Origin: Eledone cirrhosa
Lineage: Eukaryota
Direction: 5' to 3'
DNA: 64,000 nt
NCBI GenBank assembly: GCA_964016885.1
Contig: OZ024745.1
Coordinates: 16,554,001 to 16,618,000, forward strand
Shown here: piece by piece, positions 15,126-28,913 of the stretch
Layout of the letters: the number at the start of each line of letters is the position of its first letter
How positions within the stretch are numbered: the first letter of the stretch is position 1
Translations under genes and position numbers: made by a program
Notes under the pieces: model-generated
Databases searched by the model: none
What the model was told of the DNA's origin: nothing
The model's input: only the letters and a program-made list of their open reading frames with translations

Positions 15126-16209
15126 TAGTTGTCTGAATTGTGGCGACTATATATTGAAATTTAAAATGAATATATATGTTTCCCTTGTCTATTCATAAAT
15201 CTCTTGATGATAATATAAAAAAATCTAGTCTGTTACTCACACCTACTTTGTGTTTATATATCAAATATTCGTCTTAAGCTGTGTTTTATTTTGCAACTTA
15301 TGTGTGCTGGGCCCTTGTCGTTACTGATGGTGATTGTATTATTTGTTTGTACAAAGAAATACCTCGCTCATGAAATTAACATGCAATTAGCATGCAATTT
15401 AATCTTAACTCAAATCTTAAGAGGTTTCAGCCTGGTAGTGTGTGAGGAGGCTCACTATTTTGTTGAAAATCTACCCATAGAACTTAATTATTTATTATAA
15501 TCTCGATTTTAACCTCTATACAGAGCTAGTAGGCCCTGACCGACTAATGGAAGTATCTAGTGCCTCTTGTAGTTGAGAAGCAAAAAATCAAGATATACAG
15601 AGATAAGTAAATATAAGTATGACATTAAAAATCAAAAGCAAATAAAGTAAAACAAATATGAAGAACGGAGGATAAATAAGCATAAAAAATATAAAAAGCA
15701 CAGAAAGCTGTAAAGCAGCTAAGAGATGCTGTTGAATCTTTTCCTAACTTCCATGTACTCAATTTGTTAATATACACACACATATATATATATATATAAA
15801 TTGTGTAAAAAGTTAAATTCAAGTAATTAGTATTATTTATTTTTTGAAAATATGGTGTTAAGTTGTATTAAAATTTAAAATACAATTAATAATTTACTTC
15901 TATTTCACCATATATATATATGGAAAACGAAGAATCAGTGATGCAGAGGTACACAATTTATTACGTATTACAAAAGTTCTCCGGCGAACAGCTCGAAGTA
16001 CGATCTGTTTGTGGATCGAACCTGACTCTGGATTCCCAAGTTCCTCAGATACGTCTAAAGATTTCAACAAAAGTACAATTACAACAAACACATATAAAAA
16101 CACACTAATAAACAAAGATAGAATACAAAAACCAAAACACATACACCAAACGCGAACACACATACCAAACATTATACACACACGCAAAGGCATGCGCAGA
16201 GACGGAGAC

Positions 16210-16211
16210 AA

Positions 16212-16266
<55 letters not shown>

Positions 16267-16268
16267 AA
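16210..16268. repeat. (AAAT)n microsatellite
   Basis: Read directly. Confidence 0.95.
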
Positions 16269-16322
16269 TAAAATTGGCGTAAACACTACAATACACCACA
16301 ATAGGAGGAAACATGATAATAG

Positions 16323-16367
16323 TACCACTGATGATGTTGCAGATGTGTAGCGAAAGAACTTTGATAG
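16323..16367 (+). ncRNA. Minimal hammerhead-like motif
   Basis: tacca-CTGATGA-t-GTTGCA gatg TGTAGC-GAAA-gaac-TT-tgata: 6-bp stem II and intact core. Confidence 0.55.
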
Positions 16368-16464
16368 ACTGTATATATATATTTATATCTGTATTGTTAA
16401 CAGTTGGTCAGTCAATGATAAACATTGATTGCCAAATACATTAACTATGGAGATATAAAAGATC

Positions 16465-16542
16465 CATAAGCGAAAACCAACCAAACAGTTATATTATTAT
16501 TTCTGGCAATATTATTACAACAATATGACCCTCCCCAAGTAT

Positions 16543-16548
<6 letters not shown>
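16465..16548. repeat. Fragment of the palindrome family seen at 63.6 kb and 27.3 kb
   Basis: aagcgaaaaccaaccaaacag...atatgacccctccccaagtataacaatat is nearly identical to 63642-63729 and also ends in (TA)n. Confidence 0.75.
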
Positions 16549-16641
<93 letters not shown>

Positions 16642-16700
16642 GGTTCTGCGATAGGATGACCGAAAAAACCACAAGTAGCACTCGATACGTGGTGTTTCTG

Positions 16701-16779
<79 letters not shown>

Positions 16780-16786
<7 letters not shown>

Positions 16787-17638
16787 TGTATAATAAAAAA
16801 TACAGTATAATAACCTCATTACCAGAGCTTTCCCGAATAAGACGGATACAAGAAAAGTCTGCATTCGTTCGTCAGACAAGGCAATTTAAGACATAGTGAA
16901 ATATTTGAAAAATCTCCTCAAGAAAGGCTAAAAGTTTGACGAGCAAAAAATAAATAAAAGTAATGATACAAGAAATGTATAAAAAATAAAAATAAAGAAA
17001 TATAGTAAGGGGATGTGTGTAAATGTGTGTATATGCACATACATATGTACATATGTACATGTGTGTGTATGTACAGCTGCATGTGTATAGTGAAAAAATG
17101 TGTGCGTAAGTATATACATGAGGGCAAACATATTAGGGTATGTGTGACCACAAATACATATATATATATATGTTGAAAATAGAAATTGTAAGATAATGGA
17201 GTTAGCGTACATACAGTCTCAGGGACTAGGGCTGAAATATTTACACATAAAGGATGAAAGGACGCACGCGTATAAACATACACACACGCACAACAGGGAA
17301 GGGAGTGTATAAAGTCAACGCAGACGGAAGGTCGATACGGAAGGTCGATACAAATATGAAATATGAATATATGAAATAATATATAAGATAAGAATAAAAA
17401 AATGAAGGCAAAAAGAAAGTAAGTAGGAGGGGTTATAATATATAAAGTAACACTAGAAACAATAAATAAAAAGGAGAAAATATGCATATACGCGAACAAG
17501 CTCATACACACTTACATATAAATATATATACATACAGACAAAAACATGTGCACAAAAGCATACATACACATACACGCATACATACATATACACGCATACA
17601 TACATACATACATACATACATATACACGCATACATACA

Positions 17639-17672
<34 letters not shown>

Positions 17673-18256
17673 CATATATATACATACACACACGCGGCCA
17701 CATATGTATATATAAGTATATATATATGTGAAAACACATATACATAAACGCACACACACACTTGCACACATACACGCACACATACGAATGCGTTCGTATA
17801 CATATACAAACACGTAAACACACAACATACATACGCATACATACATATATAAAAATCAACCGTATGAATAAATGGCTACAAAATATACGCAAGTATACAT
17901 ACATAAAATGGCTGATGGACAACGGAAAATATCTGGAGTTAAAAATACAAGTGACATGTGATGTCTGGTAGTGAAAGTAAAAGGGTGAAGTAAAATAAAT
18001 GTAAATAATGTATAATTGTTAAGGTATAAAGCTAATGAATCAAATAGCAGGGGGTGGGGGGTGGATGTAAAGTAAAAATAAAAGATAAGTAAAGCTGAAT
18101 GAGAAGTCTATAAAGAAGGTAAGTTAAGGAAAGTAAAGAACAAGAGTATATGGAGGATAAGTGTTATGGAGGTTAAGTTTATATGAGGTGGAAAGCAAGT
18201 GTGATTTCATGTGTGGGCAACAGGTGAACATTTCTGTTTTTGCATTTAGGCAGGTT

Positions 18257-18260
<4 letters not shown>
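16780..18260 (-). mobile_element. Penelope-like element 3' fragment (endonuclease C-terminus, tail, HHR-like motif)
   Basis: 18255 to 18193 translates TCLNAKTEMFTCCPHMKSHLL (PLE GIY-YIG C-terminal LN-x-R/K-S/T-E...C-x-H motif). CTGACGA-a-cgaat...attcg-g-GAAAGCTC at 16875-16825, then AATAAA and (TA)n. Confidence 0.5.
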
Positions 18261-18327
<67 letters not shown>

Positions 18328-19410
18328 GTACATATAGATATTAATTTAATCATATGGAAAATAACTCTTCTCAACTTAATGTTTTTGGGCTTCTATAATA
18401 TTTTACCGACGAAAACCTCCCACCCAACAAAACAAATAATTACAAAATAACAGTTTGCTATATCGCCGTTGTAAGATGACTTATACCAACATCTGGCTGT
18501 CATCTGTCTAAGAAATATCTTCAGTAGAAGTGTTAACCTGATATAGCCCTTTCCTGACGCTCTTTTCTTATTAGTTGTGTATTTGACAGTAATTAAACTG
18601 GCATCTCCTTTCCAGCCGATATTATCTTCCTTTGCTGTTTACATTTAAATTTGGCAAAATGCTTATCGTCTAGGAAGATATTTTTTCTTTTAGTTTAAAT
18701 GCTATTTTTTGTGTCAATTTTCAACTCAAAGTTGTTGTTTCTTTTAACTATTCTGGAATAAATATGATCAAATATCAGCAGAGAAAAATAACAAAAGCAA
18801 TGCGTCATATCTGCAAAGATATGCAAATTTATCTTTATAGTTTTTTTTAATATACACCAGACTCGATGTTTTAATACTTTCCAAATTTTTATAATTGTAT
18901 GTCTCGTTTTTTTTTATATAATTCATTACATTCTATAATGTGAATTTTATTATGTTTGTTAGTGTAACTTCACAACTCATGGTACTTCTTTTAGAAGTCA
19001 ATTATTAAATCAGAGTAGGGAAGCAACATTTCTATTGGTATTTCTATTGCTGATACTATATGTTGGTTGCAACAAATGACAGAATGAGTAACGCGAAATA
19101 AAGGAGTACAACGACCAACCCGATTCAAGAGTCGAACCCACGTCCATACGTACGTCCAACACACTAGGTCCCGTGCTTCTTTATAATACACAGTGATTCG
19201 GAACACCAACCTTTAATATATAAAGATATTCTTTAAAATGTTTTGCAAACCTGGAAAATATTAAGAAAACTAAATGAAAAGGCCTTAAAATACGCAACCT
19301 GTTAGATTCCTGAAATTCACTATTTAACATTCTGATCTCTTGACATGGATATCTTTACTCTACATCTTCATTACATTTTCTAAAATCTAAACATAATCTA
19401 AAATATTCTC

Positions 19411-19467
19411 AAATTTAAACGCTCCGAGTACATTGGAAGATTCAATGCTCTCGGAGCGTTTAAATTT
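19411..19467. repeat. Short hairpin palindrome
   Basis: aaatttaaacgctccgag..cattg / caatg..ctcggagcgtttaaattt. Confidence 0.8.
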
Positions 19468-20484
19468 AAACTAAAGCAATCTAGTACTGATGTCAATCAA
19501 TTAATTATATTTATGAATTTTAAAATCTCAATACGACTTTTATGAAACATACATACACACATTTAAGGGGTTCATAGGCAGGAATGACATGTGAATATAT
19601 AACTCATTCATAGATATGGATATTATACCTTTTAGATAGGCTGAGAGTTAAGTAAAATTTGTGTAGTTCACGGCCCTCTAGGATTAACCATTTTAATGCC
19701 CGTTTATTACTACAAACATGTTTCAGATTTCGTATCGAGAGAAAATAAATCCTCTCTGAATATTAGTCGATATTATATCATCATCATCATCGACATCATT
19801 ATTCTCAGTCATTATTTGTCCCTTGCAAAGCGAATTCTTTCATTAAGAGACAACTTATTTCCTCTATCTTGCACAACTCTCATCCATGTAGTGCTTTTAG
19901 ACTTATAAATCGCATATTGTATCAACGACTTTTGAAGGGATTCGTAATCCACTCAGTATCAGAATCATGATACTGACTATAGAATGTGGCGCAAAAGTGG
20001 CGCACCAGTAAAATAACACTTTGCTGTAATATCTTCATATTTCTTATTTTTGGAAATAAATGCGATAATTGTTCATAAGGTGATGATTTGAGTGGTGCAT
20101 GGCTTTTGCGCCACCCTATATATGACAAATGTTCTCCCGTATCACGAAGACAAACCAACTATGACCTACCAAATGAAATACTATTAATCAGTTATTAATA
20201 TCACATTTAACAGAAGTAATTAATCACATTAAATTAATAATTTAACAATATATTCCTACACGATCACGCACCATGCTAGAAATAGCAGCAAAACTTCTTC
20301 CAAATTATATGCAACAGTTTTAATAAACGAGAAGCATGCTGTAGAAGGAAATTGTAGAGGTTTGTCAACATTTCTATATTCCTACAAGTCTGTACATTTT
20401 CACATATATTATTTCATCTCTACTTCGATTAAAGATGTTTCACTAATGCGATGGCCAGCGTTGTCTCCATAATCCTTCTTCTTC

Positions 20485-20961
20485 TCTACTTCTTCTTCAC
20501 CCACTTATTCCTGAGAAGGTCGTAGGGGTAGAATTCTTAAACACCCCTTCCAGTGGTTCCTGTCACAAGCAATCAAATCCAAATGATCTGGCTGGATCCC
20601 CAAGGGAGATCAGCCGAGCTCATGGATGTTATCCAACCATCTTGCTCAGGGCCTACACCAGGGTCTCCTGCCGGCTGGTTTTTCTGTCATCGATGTTATC
20701 CAACCATCTTGCTCAGGACCTACACCGGGGTCTCTTGCCGGCTGGTTTTTCTGTCATCGATGTTATCCAACCATCTTGCTCAGGACCTACACCGGGGTCT
20801 CCTGCCGGCTGGTTTTTCTGTCCAACGATTCTTTCCGGATGCATTCTAACCACATGCCTGTAGTATCGGAGCTGTGATCTCACAATTCGGAAAAGAAGTA
20901 GCTCTAACTCTACCTTGAGCGACACTCTGAACTCCAAGATATGCACTCTATCGAGTAACAT
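20485..20961 (-). mobile_element. RTE-clade LINE 3' fragment with internal ~66-bp triplication
   Basis: SQLRYYRHVVRMHPER...PAGKRPR motif and (GAA)n tail; gatgttatccaaccatcttgctcagg recurs at about 20626, 20692 and 20759. Confidence 0.75.
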
Positions 20962-22169
20962 TACTACAAAAGCAATTCAGATTAACCCCATATATTCATC
21001 TATTTGAAAGTATTTTAACTGTGACGCCTTATCTTCCTTTTCCTGACACATATAAAGATTGTGACTCCAATGATGGTAATGACAGTAAAATTGAAATAAT
21101 TTTCGCTACTGTTGGTTTTTCCCTGTTCGCTAAGCCAAAATCTTTATATGTGTCGTGGAAAAGATGATAGGGCATACTTACTAATTGATGATTACTAGAC
21201 ACACAGAAATGCGTAGATGAACGCATGGTTCAACACCATACACGGATTAAAAAATTCCAGTCAACACAAAAAGGGAATTAGTATGGTTGGACAAATAAGA
21301 AAGCTTCTAGTATGTATGTGAGGGTGTGTCTAAATATATGGAATAATGTGTTTTTTATATTTTCATTTATATTTGTTTGAAACGAGAGAGAAACAATAAA
21401 GAAAAACAAAGAAAAACAAATCAAAAGAATTGAAATTGAGTTTCCAGTAATAATTTAAGACAAAATAGCTTTTTGTCTGTACAATTATATATTCCGGAAA
21501 ACGTATAATTTTCACTTCTAATTTGCATTTTGGAACTTTTGTTCAATAGAAGTCAATATTCTCCGATTTCAGAGTTGACCAAACTGGCTAGACACAACAA
21601 ATTGCTAGCAAATATAGCTAACTTTTATGGTTTCACTCGCACAGAATATCGAATCTCCTATAACTTCTTAAATAATTTCTTACTTTTTAATTTCAGAAAT
21701 TCTTCTTTAGATTTTAATTTAACGTGTAATATATATAGTTGAACCACAGTGGACAGAAGTTAATTGGAGTAATACTGCTACCTAACACTTATCAGCAATA
21801 ACTCCGACAGAATCCTTATAATATTTGAAAAAAGAAGTATTTTGTTTCATGTTCTTTACAACGAAATCATATATGTAACCAAGTTGGAAATCAAAGTTGG
21901 TCAATAAAAATAGTTCTATTTAAAGTTTCCAAAGATAGAATTGGACAGCGTAATCGAATTTATTTTATATTTCTCTTATATTTCGATTCGAAATCGAGGC
22001 CATTACACTTCATTTCTATTTGTGATGCACACGTCTCATATTTTCACTTACCTGAAATAAAAACTTTGAAGATAATTAAAAAGAAATGGTTGTTTAGATG
22101 TGTGAGTGTTAAATATGGTTCAGTGGTTGATAGGTTTGAGGGATGAGGTCGATGCAGTAGATTACATGC

Positions 22170-22360
22170 ATGAGTGGTTGACCCCGAGCAAGATGGTTGG
22201 ATAACATCCATGACCTTGGCTGTTCTCGCTTGGGGATACAGCCGGACCAGTAGGAGGCGGTTATTTCTGATATGATCTGCTGGAAGGAGTGTTTGATGAC
22301 TCTGCCCCAACGACCTTCTCAGGAATGAGTGAGTGAAGAAGAAGATGAAGAAGAAGAAGT
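22170..22360 (+). mobile_element. RTE LINE 3' end (same family as 20485-20961)
   Basis: gagcaagatggttggataacatccatga...gaccttctcaggaatgagtgagtgaagaagaag. Confidence 0.7.
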
Positions 22361-22746
22361 GCTAAATATGACACAGTAGTTTACGAGTTTGAGTGCTGTG
22401 GTCGGTAGAATTGTTTATATAAGTGAGTGTCAGGGATGACACAGTATGTCAGTAATGTCATAATAGTTTAGATATTTGACTACTTGGGATGATTTGTGTA
22501 AATTCAGGAGTAGGGTGGCAGTGTTCAGACGAAACGGTTAATAGGGCTTAAGAAAAGTTAAAAACATTTGATTATATCTTTCCTTTTAATATGTTCTCAG
22601 AAAAATGATTGCTTTGTTCCAAAATGTAAATGGGAGATTTTTAGGAAAACGTGTTTAACTTTCGACAATAATGAATAAACAAATATTGATCATTTCCGCA
22701 GAGTGAGAAGAGAATACGATATAAAATACATTCCATTATCACCAGG

Positions 22747-22937
22747 GGTGGTGGATTGGCAGTATCGGTAGAGAGTCGGACACCATGCTTTGAAGCATAG
22801 AGTTACGTCCCTTTATGATCTGCGTTCAAATCCCGCCGAGGTTAACTTTGCTTTTCATCCTTACGGGGTCGATAAAATAAAGTACCAGTAATGCACTGGG
22901 TAACTGCTGGCCTTGTGCCAAAAGTAGAAACAATTAT
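22747..22937 (+). mobile_element. tRNA-derived SINE
   Basis: Consensus match. Confidence 0.9.
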
Positions 22938-23324
22938 CTATGATATGAGATAAATGTAAAATAGGAGAACTGACCACATGAATTTATCTCCTTCTTTCAA
23001 AAATCGACTCTATCAACTTTAGATATATTGTAGATGAAAAATGATATGTAAGATCCACATCTGATAAGTGAGAATTAACATTTATATACTTTAGAATATA
23101 AGAATAATTAACCACATGGGAAGTCAATTCTGAGAGAAAATTGGCATCAACTTTTGATGCACCTAATAAACAGGCTTTCATATATTTAAACTTCCTTATC
23201 GATAAAGAAACTTACGGCATAAATTAACCCCAGTGGTATTATATCATTTAATTGAATAACCTTATAAGTCAGTATGATTAATTCAGGTCTAAACTTTTTC
23301 CGAAGTCTTTTATAAGTTGGATGT

Positions 23325-23380
<56 letters not shown>

Positions 23381-23386
<6 letters not shown>

Positions 23387-23455
23387 TAAAATAACAGATT
23401 AAAGTTTAAGCAAAGAATCGCTGCTTTCACCCTTAACGGGATCTTCTGAAACTAA
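23381..23455 (-). repeat. PLE-like terminal fragment with degenerate HHR (family of 63742-63855)
   Basis: atttattaaaataacagattaaagtttaagcaaagaatcgctgctttcaccc is shared with 63741 onward; minus strand cagaaga-tccc gttaa gggt-gaaa. Confidence 0.55.
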
Positions 23456-23545
23456 CAAAGTCAATCTGTAAACGCAGAAGTGAATATTTCAAAAAACGTT
23501 GCAACCGGAGGAAGACAGGAAGACGATACTTTGGTTCGTGGAAAC

Positions 23546-23808
23546 GTTCCCTGGCAAAGAACGGGAAAAAACGAATATAACACGTCATTATTTGGAGCGG
23601 TGAAAAACAATTACACGCAAAGACAAAACCACGTTTATGGTATAAAAGAAGTCGTAGACTAATATTCTATTAGGGGGTTCATAGAGATGTTCTCTGGCAA
23701 TGAACGCGAAAAACGAAGATAATACGTCATATGTGGACCGTGGAGAAAAATTGCACGCGAAGACAAAACCACGTAAATGGTATAACTGAAATCGTAGACT
23801 AAAATTCT
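23546..23808. repeat. Imperfect direct duplication, ~120-bp units
   Basis: gttc(c/t)ctggcaa...agacaaaaccacgt..atggtataa...tcgtagactaa.attcta occurs at 23546-23669 and 23689-23808. Confidence 0.8.
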
Positions 23809-24479
23809 AACTAGGAAACCGAATGATTCTCGGCTTCAGAGTTAAGAATAAAGTAAATAAAATACAGAGGTAAATGAAATTAAATAAATACATACACGCA
23901 TACGTACATACACAAGCATACGCGAAAACACTCGCCATAGGTATACAAATACACGCACGTACACAAACCCCCCCCCCAAAAAAAAACCGCACGCAAATAC
24001 AGAACCCACGCAACGCCTGTACCCGCACGCATACGAATGTATACACCAAATACACATAAAAATATATATAAAAAAAAATATATATATGTGTGTGTATACA
24101 TATAATTAAATAAACGTATATAAATAAATAAATACGTATATAACAAGCGTACACACATACCTACATGTAAATACACTTATGTTCGGAGACTACGTCAACC
24201 AAAATACGAAGTACACATATACACACACCCTACATACGTACGAACCTGCATACTCACACAGACGCAAAACTCACCTATACACATAACCAAAAGCATATGT
24301 ACCAGAAAAAATAATATATACGCCATAACATATACAAACAAATATACGTACGAGAAAGTATACGTACCTTCACAAAACATACATATATATGTGTGTGTGT
24401 GTGTGTGTGCGTGTGTGTGTGTATGTGTGTATAAATAAACACACACATAAAGACACACACATATATGTAAGCCTCTTTC

Positions 24480-24760
24480 ACCCGCACCATCTAACAGCTG
24501 ATACAGAAACTGTTGCGCTGAACCATCTCCACCCTGTCTGGACGTCCTCAGTTTGATCAGGAAATTCTCTGAATTTGGATGCAATAGTATCTGCATACCT
24601 TATCCACCAAGGCCTCACACTTTATCCTGTAGCTCGCTCTGGATCTGCCGGTTTTCTGTGCTTCTTTGGCTTTATGTATTCTCAAATTGCAGATAACTAG
24701 ATGGTGATCAGTTAACAGCTCAGCCCATCCCTTAACGCGAATATCTCGCACAGAATCAAA
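24480..24760 (-). mobile_element. LINE AP-endonuclease C-terminal fragment (RTE-like)
   Basis: DIRVKGWAELLTDHHLVICNLRI matches the APE S/TDH motif. Confidence 0.65.
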
Positions 24761-25496
24761 TAAAGCTATTTAGGTAAATAGTCCCTGGGTAAGCTGTGAT
24801 ATTTAACGAATTGATATTGCAAATCGTATATCAATCTAATTACTGTTGAGTTAGCGTTGTGACAGTGTAATATATCCGCAATTCAAGGTGATGTGTAAGT
24901 ACGATATGTCTTATTGGGTTATTTAGATGACTTGCCTTGAAGCTGAACCCGCTGTTTTCTTTAAGGAACTAGCTCTATCGGGTAATACATTGGAGTGAGA
25001 ACTAGTTGATAGTGCGAATACGATGCAAATAGCGAGAATGTGTAAACGAAATTTAGCAGCTGAAATGAGAGTCAGTGTCATAGTTTAGGTGGTAAATCTC
25101 TACGGTTACATATCTGTACCATTTCCCATCAAACACTCAATCCACCAGGAGTGCCGCTGCCTCTCATCACCGCTGAGAGCTTTGCCACTCAAGCCACTGC
25201 TGTGAAATCGGAAGATCTTGAGGGTGGCTTCACGTTGGAGCTAATGCACAGAACTGTGTTTGGATATGTAAAGAACGTTAATGTTATGGCGTTATGTATA
25301 TCAATAGTAAAGGGCATGGATCATAAAAAAGAGGAACGTTAAGACTGAATTCATTAGTTTTAGTAAGGTTCTTGAGCAAGAGATTAATACGTGCTTTACC
25401 TATTTTGCAATGCATTTCATCCCAGTGTTTTGTGTTGCTTACAGAATTTCTAAGAACGTCTGATGAGCATGTACTTTACATAACTCCCTCTAAAGT

Positions 25497-25765
25497 CTTT
25501 TGCGTGTCCTGAGTCTCATCAGGCCGGTACGTATCCCAGTTTCCGTGACCTGAAGTGACTGACAGTACAATACTCCTCATGGACAAGACACCAGTCCTTC
25601 ACAGGGTTAAACCCCCAGCTATTGCTCGTACTCATTTTTAGCTGAATATACTACAGCAACGTGATATTAAGTGTTTTACTCAAGAAAACAACCCAGTCCA
25701 GGAGTCGAACCTACGACATTATGATCATAAGTGCAATACCCTTACTTGAAGATCACGCGTCTCCT
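25497..25765 (-). mobile_element. Old tRNA-derived SINE of a second family
   Basis: Reverse B-box ggagtcgaacc, a ttaagtg..ttactcaag core block, and tail ggacaagacaccagtcc. Confidence 0.55.
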
Positions 25766-26803
25766 CACTTTAAATAACTGGTGTACATTATTTGTTATTT
25801 AATGATAGAATCAGACTTTTTTTTATTATACAGATTATAGTTTGGAGTTGTTATATTGTTTGAGAGAGTTAACGCATTGAAACCACAAAATATTCTCTCT
25901 GTATTTCATATAAGAGTAGACTGGGTAAATAAGTACTAGACAAAGTACCGCATCGATATTATGTACTAAAGTCAGTAAAAAAGACTAAAATGAGATTAGT
26001 GAAATAGTTTGTATGGTAGACAGGTTTTAAAGGTTTAAAACGAAAACTGCTATTGGTGATTTGAAGTCTGCTCTCGAAATAATTTGGTGAAATATGGACG
26101 AATGAAATAAGTCTCTAATGGGTCTTTTATTACCAATACCATCGTGTTGTTAAACTAAAATTCCTCTGAATTAGCAACAAGAAAGTACGATAAATATATT
26201 TCCCCATTCTGACTAATATAATATATCAGTAACTCTAAAGAATATATCTTAATATCCCCTAGAGGCATCGAAAACCAAGTGTTCATATTAAAATGTTATT
26301 TCTGCTAAAAGGAACTTTTCAAGAGTGAAGAATATATTATCGTTCATCTTATTTGCTGAGATAGAAGAATGAAAACAAAGTGAGGCACCTGTCACAAACA
26401 TATGCAGAAAAGTAAACGTGAAAAATACACCTTCGTGTATCTGTCATAAAGGTAAGCGCAGCATTCCAAACTTCTTAATTCATTTACTTTTCTCAAAGAA
26501 GCCAACCAAAATCTTGTTAGCATTTCCACATATCTTACTTGCTGCCAGAGAGAACTACTATTTCCCTTTGTTTACATTCGTTGACTATTGTTATGAAAAT
26601 CATGAAAGTTATGTTTGTACTATGTGTTTAATTATTATGATTGATAACAACGTAGCTGTAAGGAATATAACGTTGATATAAGTGTGTGCTCCAAACAGCG
26701 AATAACATTTAAATGCGGGAGACTAGGAGTATCTTAAAATTATATTTCTTTTTCGGAAGAGATTTCTTACAATACAGCATAGAGATAATAAAAACTTGAA
26801 ATA

Positions 26804-27079
26804 CAGTGGGACCTTGGTTCACGAAGGGTGTCTCCGTTAACGAAAACGCAAGCCGGTAACAACGTTTGGTAACAAGTTTGGTGTATCGGCGGGAAAGTGT
26901 CACTTGCTGTGTAGTTAGTTACTATGTTGATATATATATATGTCTTTCACAAACATTTCTCTCACACTGTATATCTCTCTCAACATTTCTTATTGAGAAA
27001 AAAATTTCGAGTTACTAATATTTTGGGTGACGAACGATTATTTAGAAACGAATTAAGTTCGTGAACCAAGGTTCCATTG
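26804..27079. mobile_element. Tigger/pogo-like (Tc1-mariner) MITE, 276 bp
   Basis: 22-bp TIRs cagtgggaccttggttcacgaa / ttcgtgaaccaaggttccattg with 2 mismatches; TA on the left flank only. Confidence 0.7.
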
Positions 27080-27259
27080 CCTAACAATTCACAAGTATAT
27101 AAGAGATGAACTAACACACAATTAAAAACATACACGCACATGCACACATAAACACACACACAGACATATACATACAAATATATATATATATATATATATG
27201 TATCGTTTCTGAATTTGTTTAGCAAGATTTTTTTATCTGAAAACGTGTGTTGAAACCGA

Positions 27260-27712
27260 TATTGTTATGCTTTGGGACGGTCATGTTGCCAATAAGAAAC
27301 ACACGCACCAGTTGCTTTCACTCCAATTTATTATAAATTAAATTCATAAATTTAAGAATTTATAAATTTCCGCTTGGTTGGTTGGTTCCACAACCGGACG
27401 GTTGTTCATATATTGTCAAAGTTCTTTCGTCCCACATTATGTGACCTCTTCAGTGACTGGGGATTCTTTTCTTTGTTTTTGTGCCTCTCCCTTGTTCTGT
27501 CCTATGCCTTCTTCATGGCGTAGGACGGAACAAGGGAGAGGCACAAAATATATGAACAATATATGAACAACCGTCCGGTTGTGGAACCAACCAACCAACC
27601 GGAAATTTTTAATTCTTAAATTTATAAATTTAATTTATAATAAATTGGAGTGACGCTTCTGGTGCGTGTGTTTCTTATTGGCAACATGACCCTACCAAAG
27701 CATGAACAAATA
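27260..27712. repeat. Fold-back palindrome, ~155-bp arms
   Basis: 27260-27416 is the reverse complement of 27556-27712; (TA)n on both sides. Confidence 0.85.
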
Positions 27713-27729
27713 TATATACATATATATAT

Positions 27730-28067
27730 ATATTAATGAAAAAGAACAAAGGAACTATTATGACATTATAACAAGTTTATTGTCGACAGCCGTTTCGTCC
27801 GACCATATGGTGGGACTTTTCAGGGCATATAAGATGTGATTGTAAGTTCATTATTTACATCAACGTTTCACTCAAGATTAGCAGTTTGAAATTGTTGTAT
27901 ACATCAGCAGCTCCGCTTGTATATTTGGGGTCCATATTCTAAGGGGGCTCTTAGGGCCCCCTTAGAATATAGACGGTCGGACGAATATAGATGGTCGGAC
28001 GAAACGGCTGTCGGCAATAAACTTGTTATAATGTCATAATAGTTCCTTTGTTCTTTTTCATTAATAT
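27730..28067. repeat. Fold-back palindrome containing a hammerhead
   Basis: Arms at 27730-27806 and 27991-28067; internal hairpin atattctaagggggc/gcccccttagaatat at 27934-27970. Confidence 0.85.
27781..27827 (-). ncRNA. Minimal hammerhead-like motif (G8->A, uncompensated)
   Basis: TGCC-CTGAAAA-GTCCCACC atat GGTCGGAC-GAAA-C GGCT G-TC-GACA; the right-arm copy has GGCA, which restores stem I. Confidence 0.6.
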
Positions 28068-28169
28068 TTCTGCTCTGCTTATACGCATAGAGCTTAACTA
28101 GCTACCGTCGCATATTTGGTAGGTCAGGCGTGATCATCGCGATTCACATACGACCTACCATACATCTTG

Positions 28170-28217
<48 letters not shown>

Positions 28218-28219
<2 letters not shown>

Positions 28220-28913
28220 TAGAATTGGTGCTCTGAAATAGCTATATATATATGAATGTATATATATAGTGTATTTTGCAATACACTGTATGCTTAATTA
28301 AAAGCATTTCGAAGACCTTATGCTATTGTTTTAGAGTAGTGACAGTCTCACTTACTTTATTTTTCAGCAAACAGGGGAGATAAAGCTGACAGATACCTGT
28401 TTCGCATTTTTTGATGCTTATGAAAGCTAACTACTCCTCCTGTTTGCTGAAAATCATGGATGTTTGATTCTTATAGAATTCTAGTAAATAATCAGCAACT
28501 GATTATACAGAGCGGTTGCCGGTCAAGCAGAAATTGAAAATTAGAATTGGTGCTCTGAAATAGCTATAAATATATGAATGTATATATAGTGTATTTTTCA
28601 ATACACTGTATGCTTAATTAAAAGCATTTCGAAGACTTTATGCTATTGTTTTAGAGTAGTGGCAGTCTCACTTACTTTAATTTTCAGCAAACAGGGGAGA
28701 TAAAGCTGACAGTGCCCTGTTTCGCATTTTTTGATGCTTATCAAAGCTAACTACTCCTCAAAAAAACCGAAACAGGGCTCTGTCAGCTTTATCTCCCTTG
28801 TTTGCTGAAATTTAAAGTAAGTGAGACTGTCACTACTCTAAAACAATAGCATAAGGTCTTCGAAATGCTTTTAATTAAGCATACAGTGTATTGCAAAATA
28901 CACTATATATACA

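Noticed and set aside
19922-20158. hAT transposase fragment (WITNPF)
   Set aside because: Single short motif; flanking translation shows no further hAT similarity.
20626-20820. CRISPR-like or coding repeat
   Set aside because: Simple tandem triplication inside an RTE 3' fragment.
21029-21226. Protein-primed PolB fragment (KDFGL..K)
   Set aside because: Too short, with no supporting motifs nearby.
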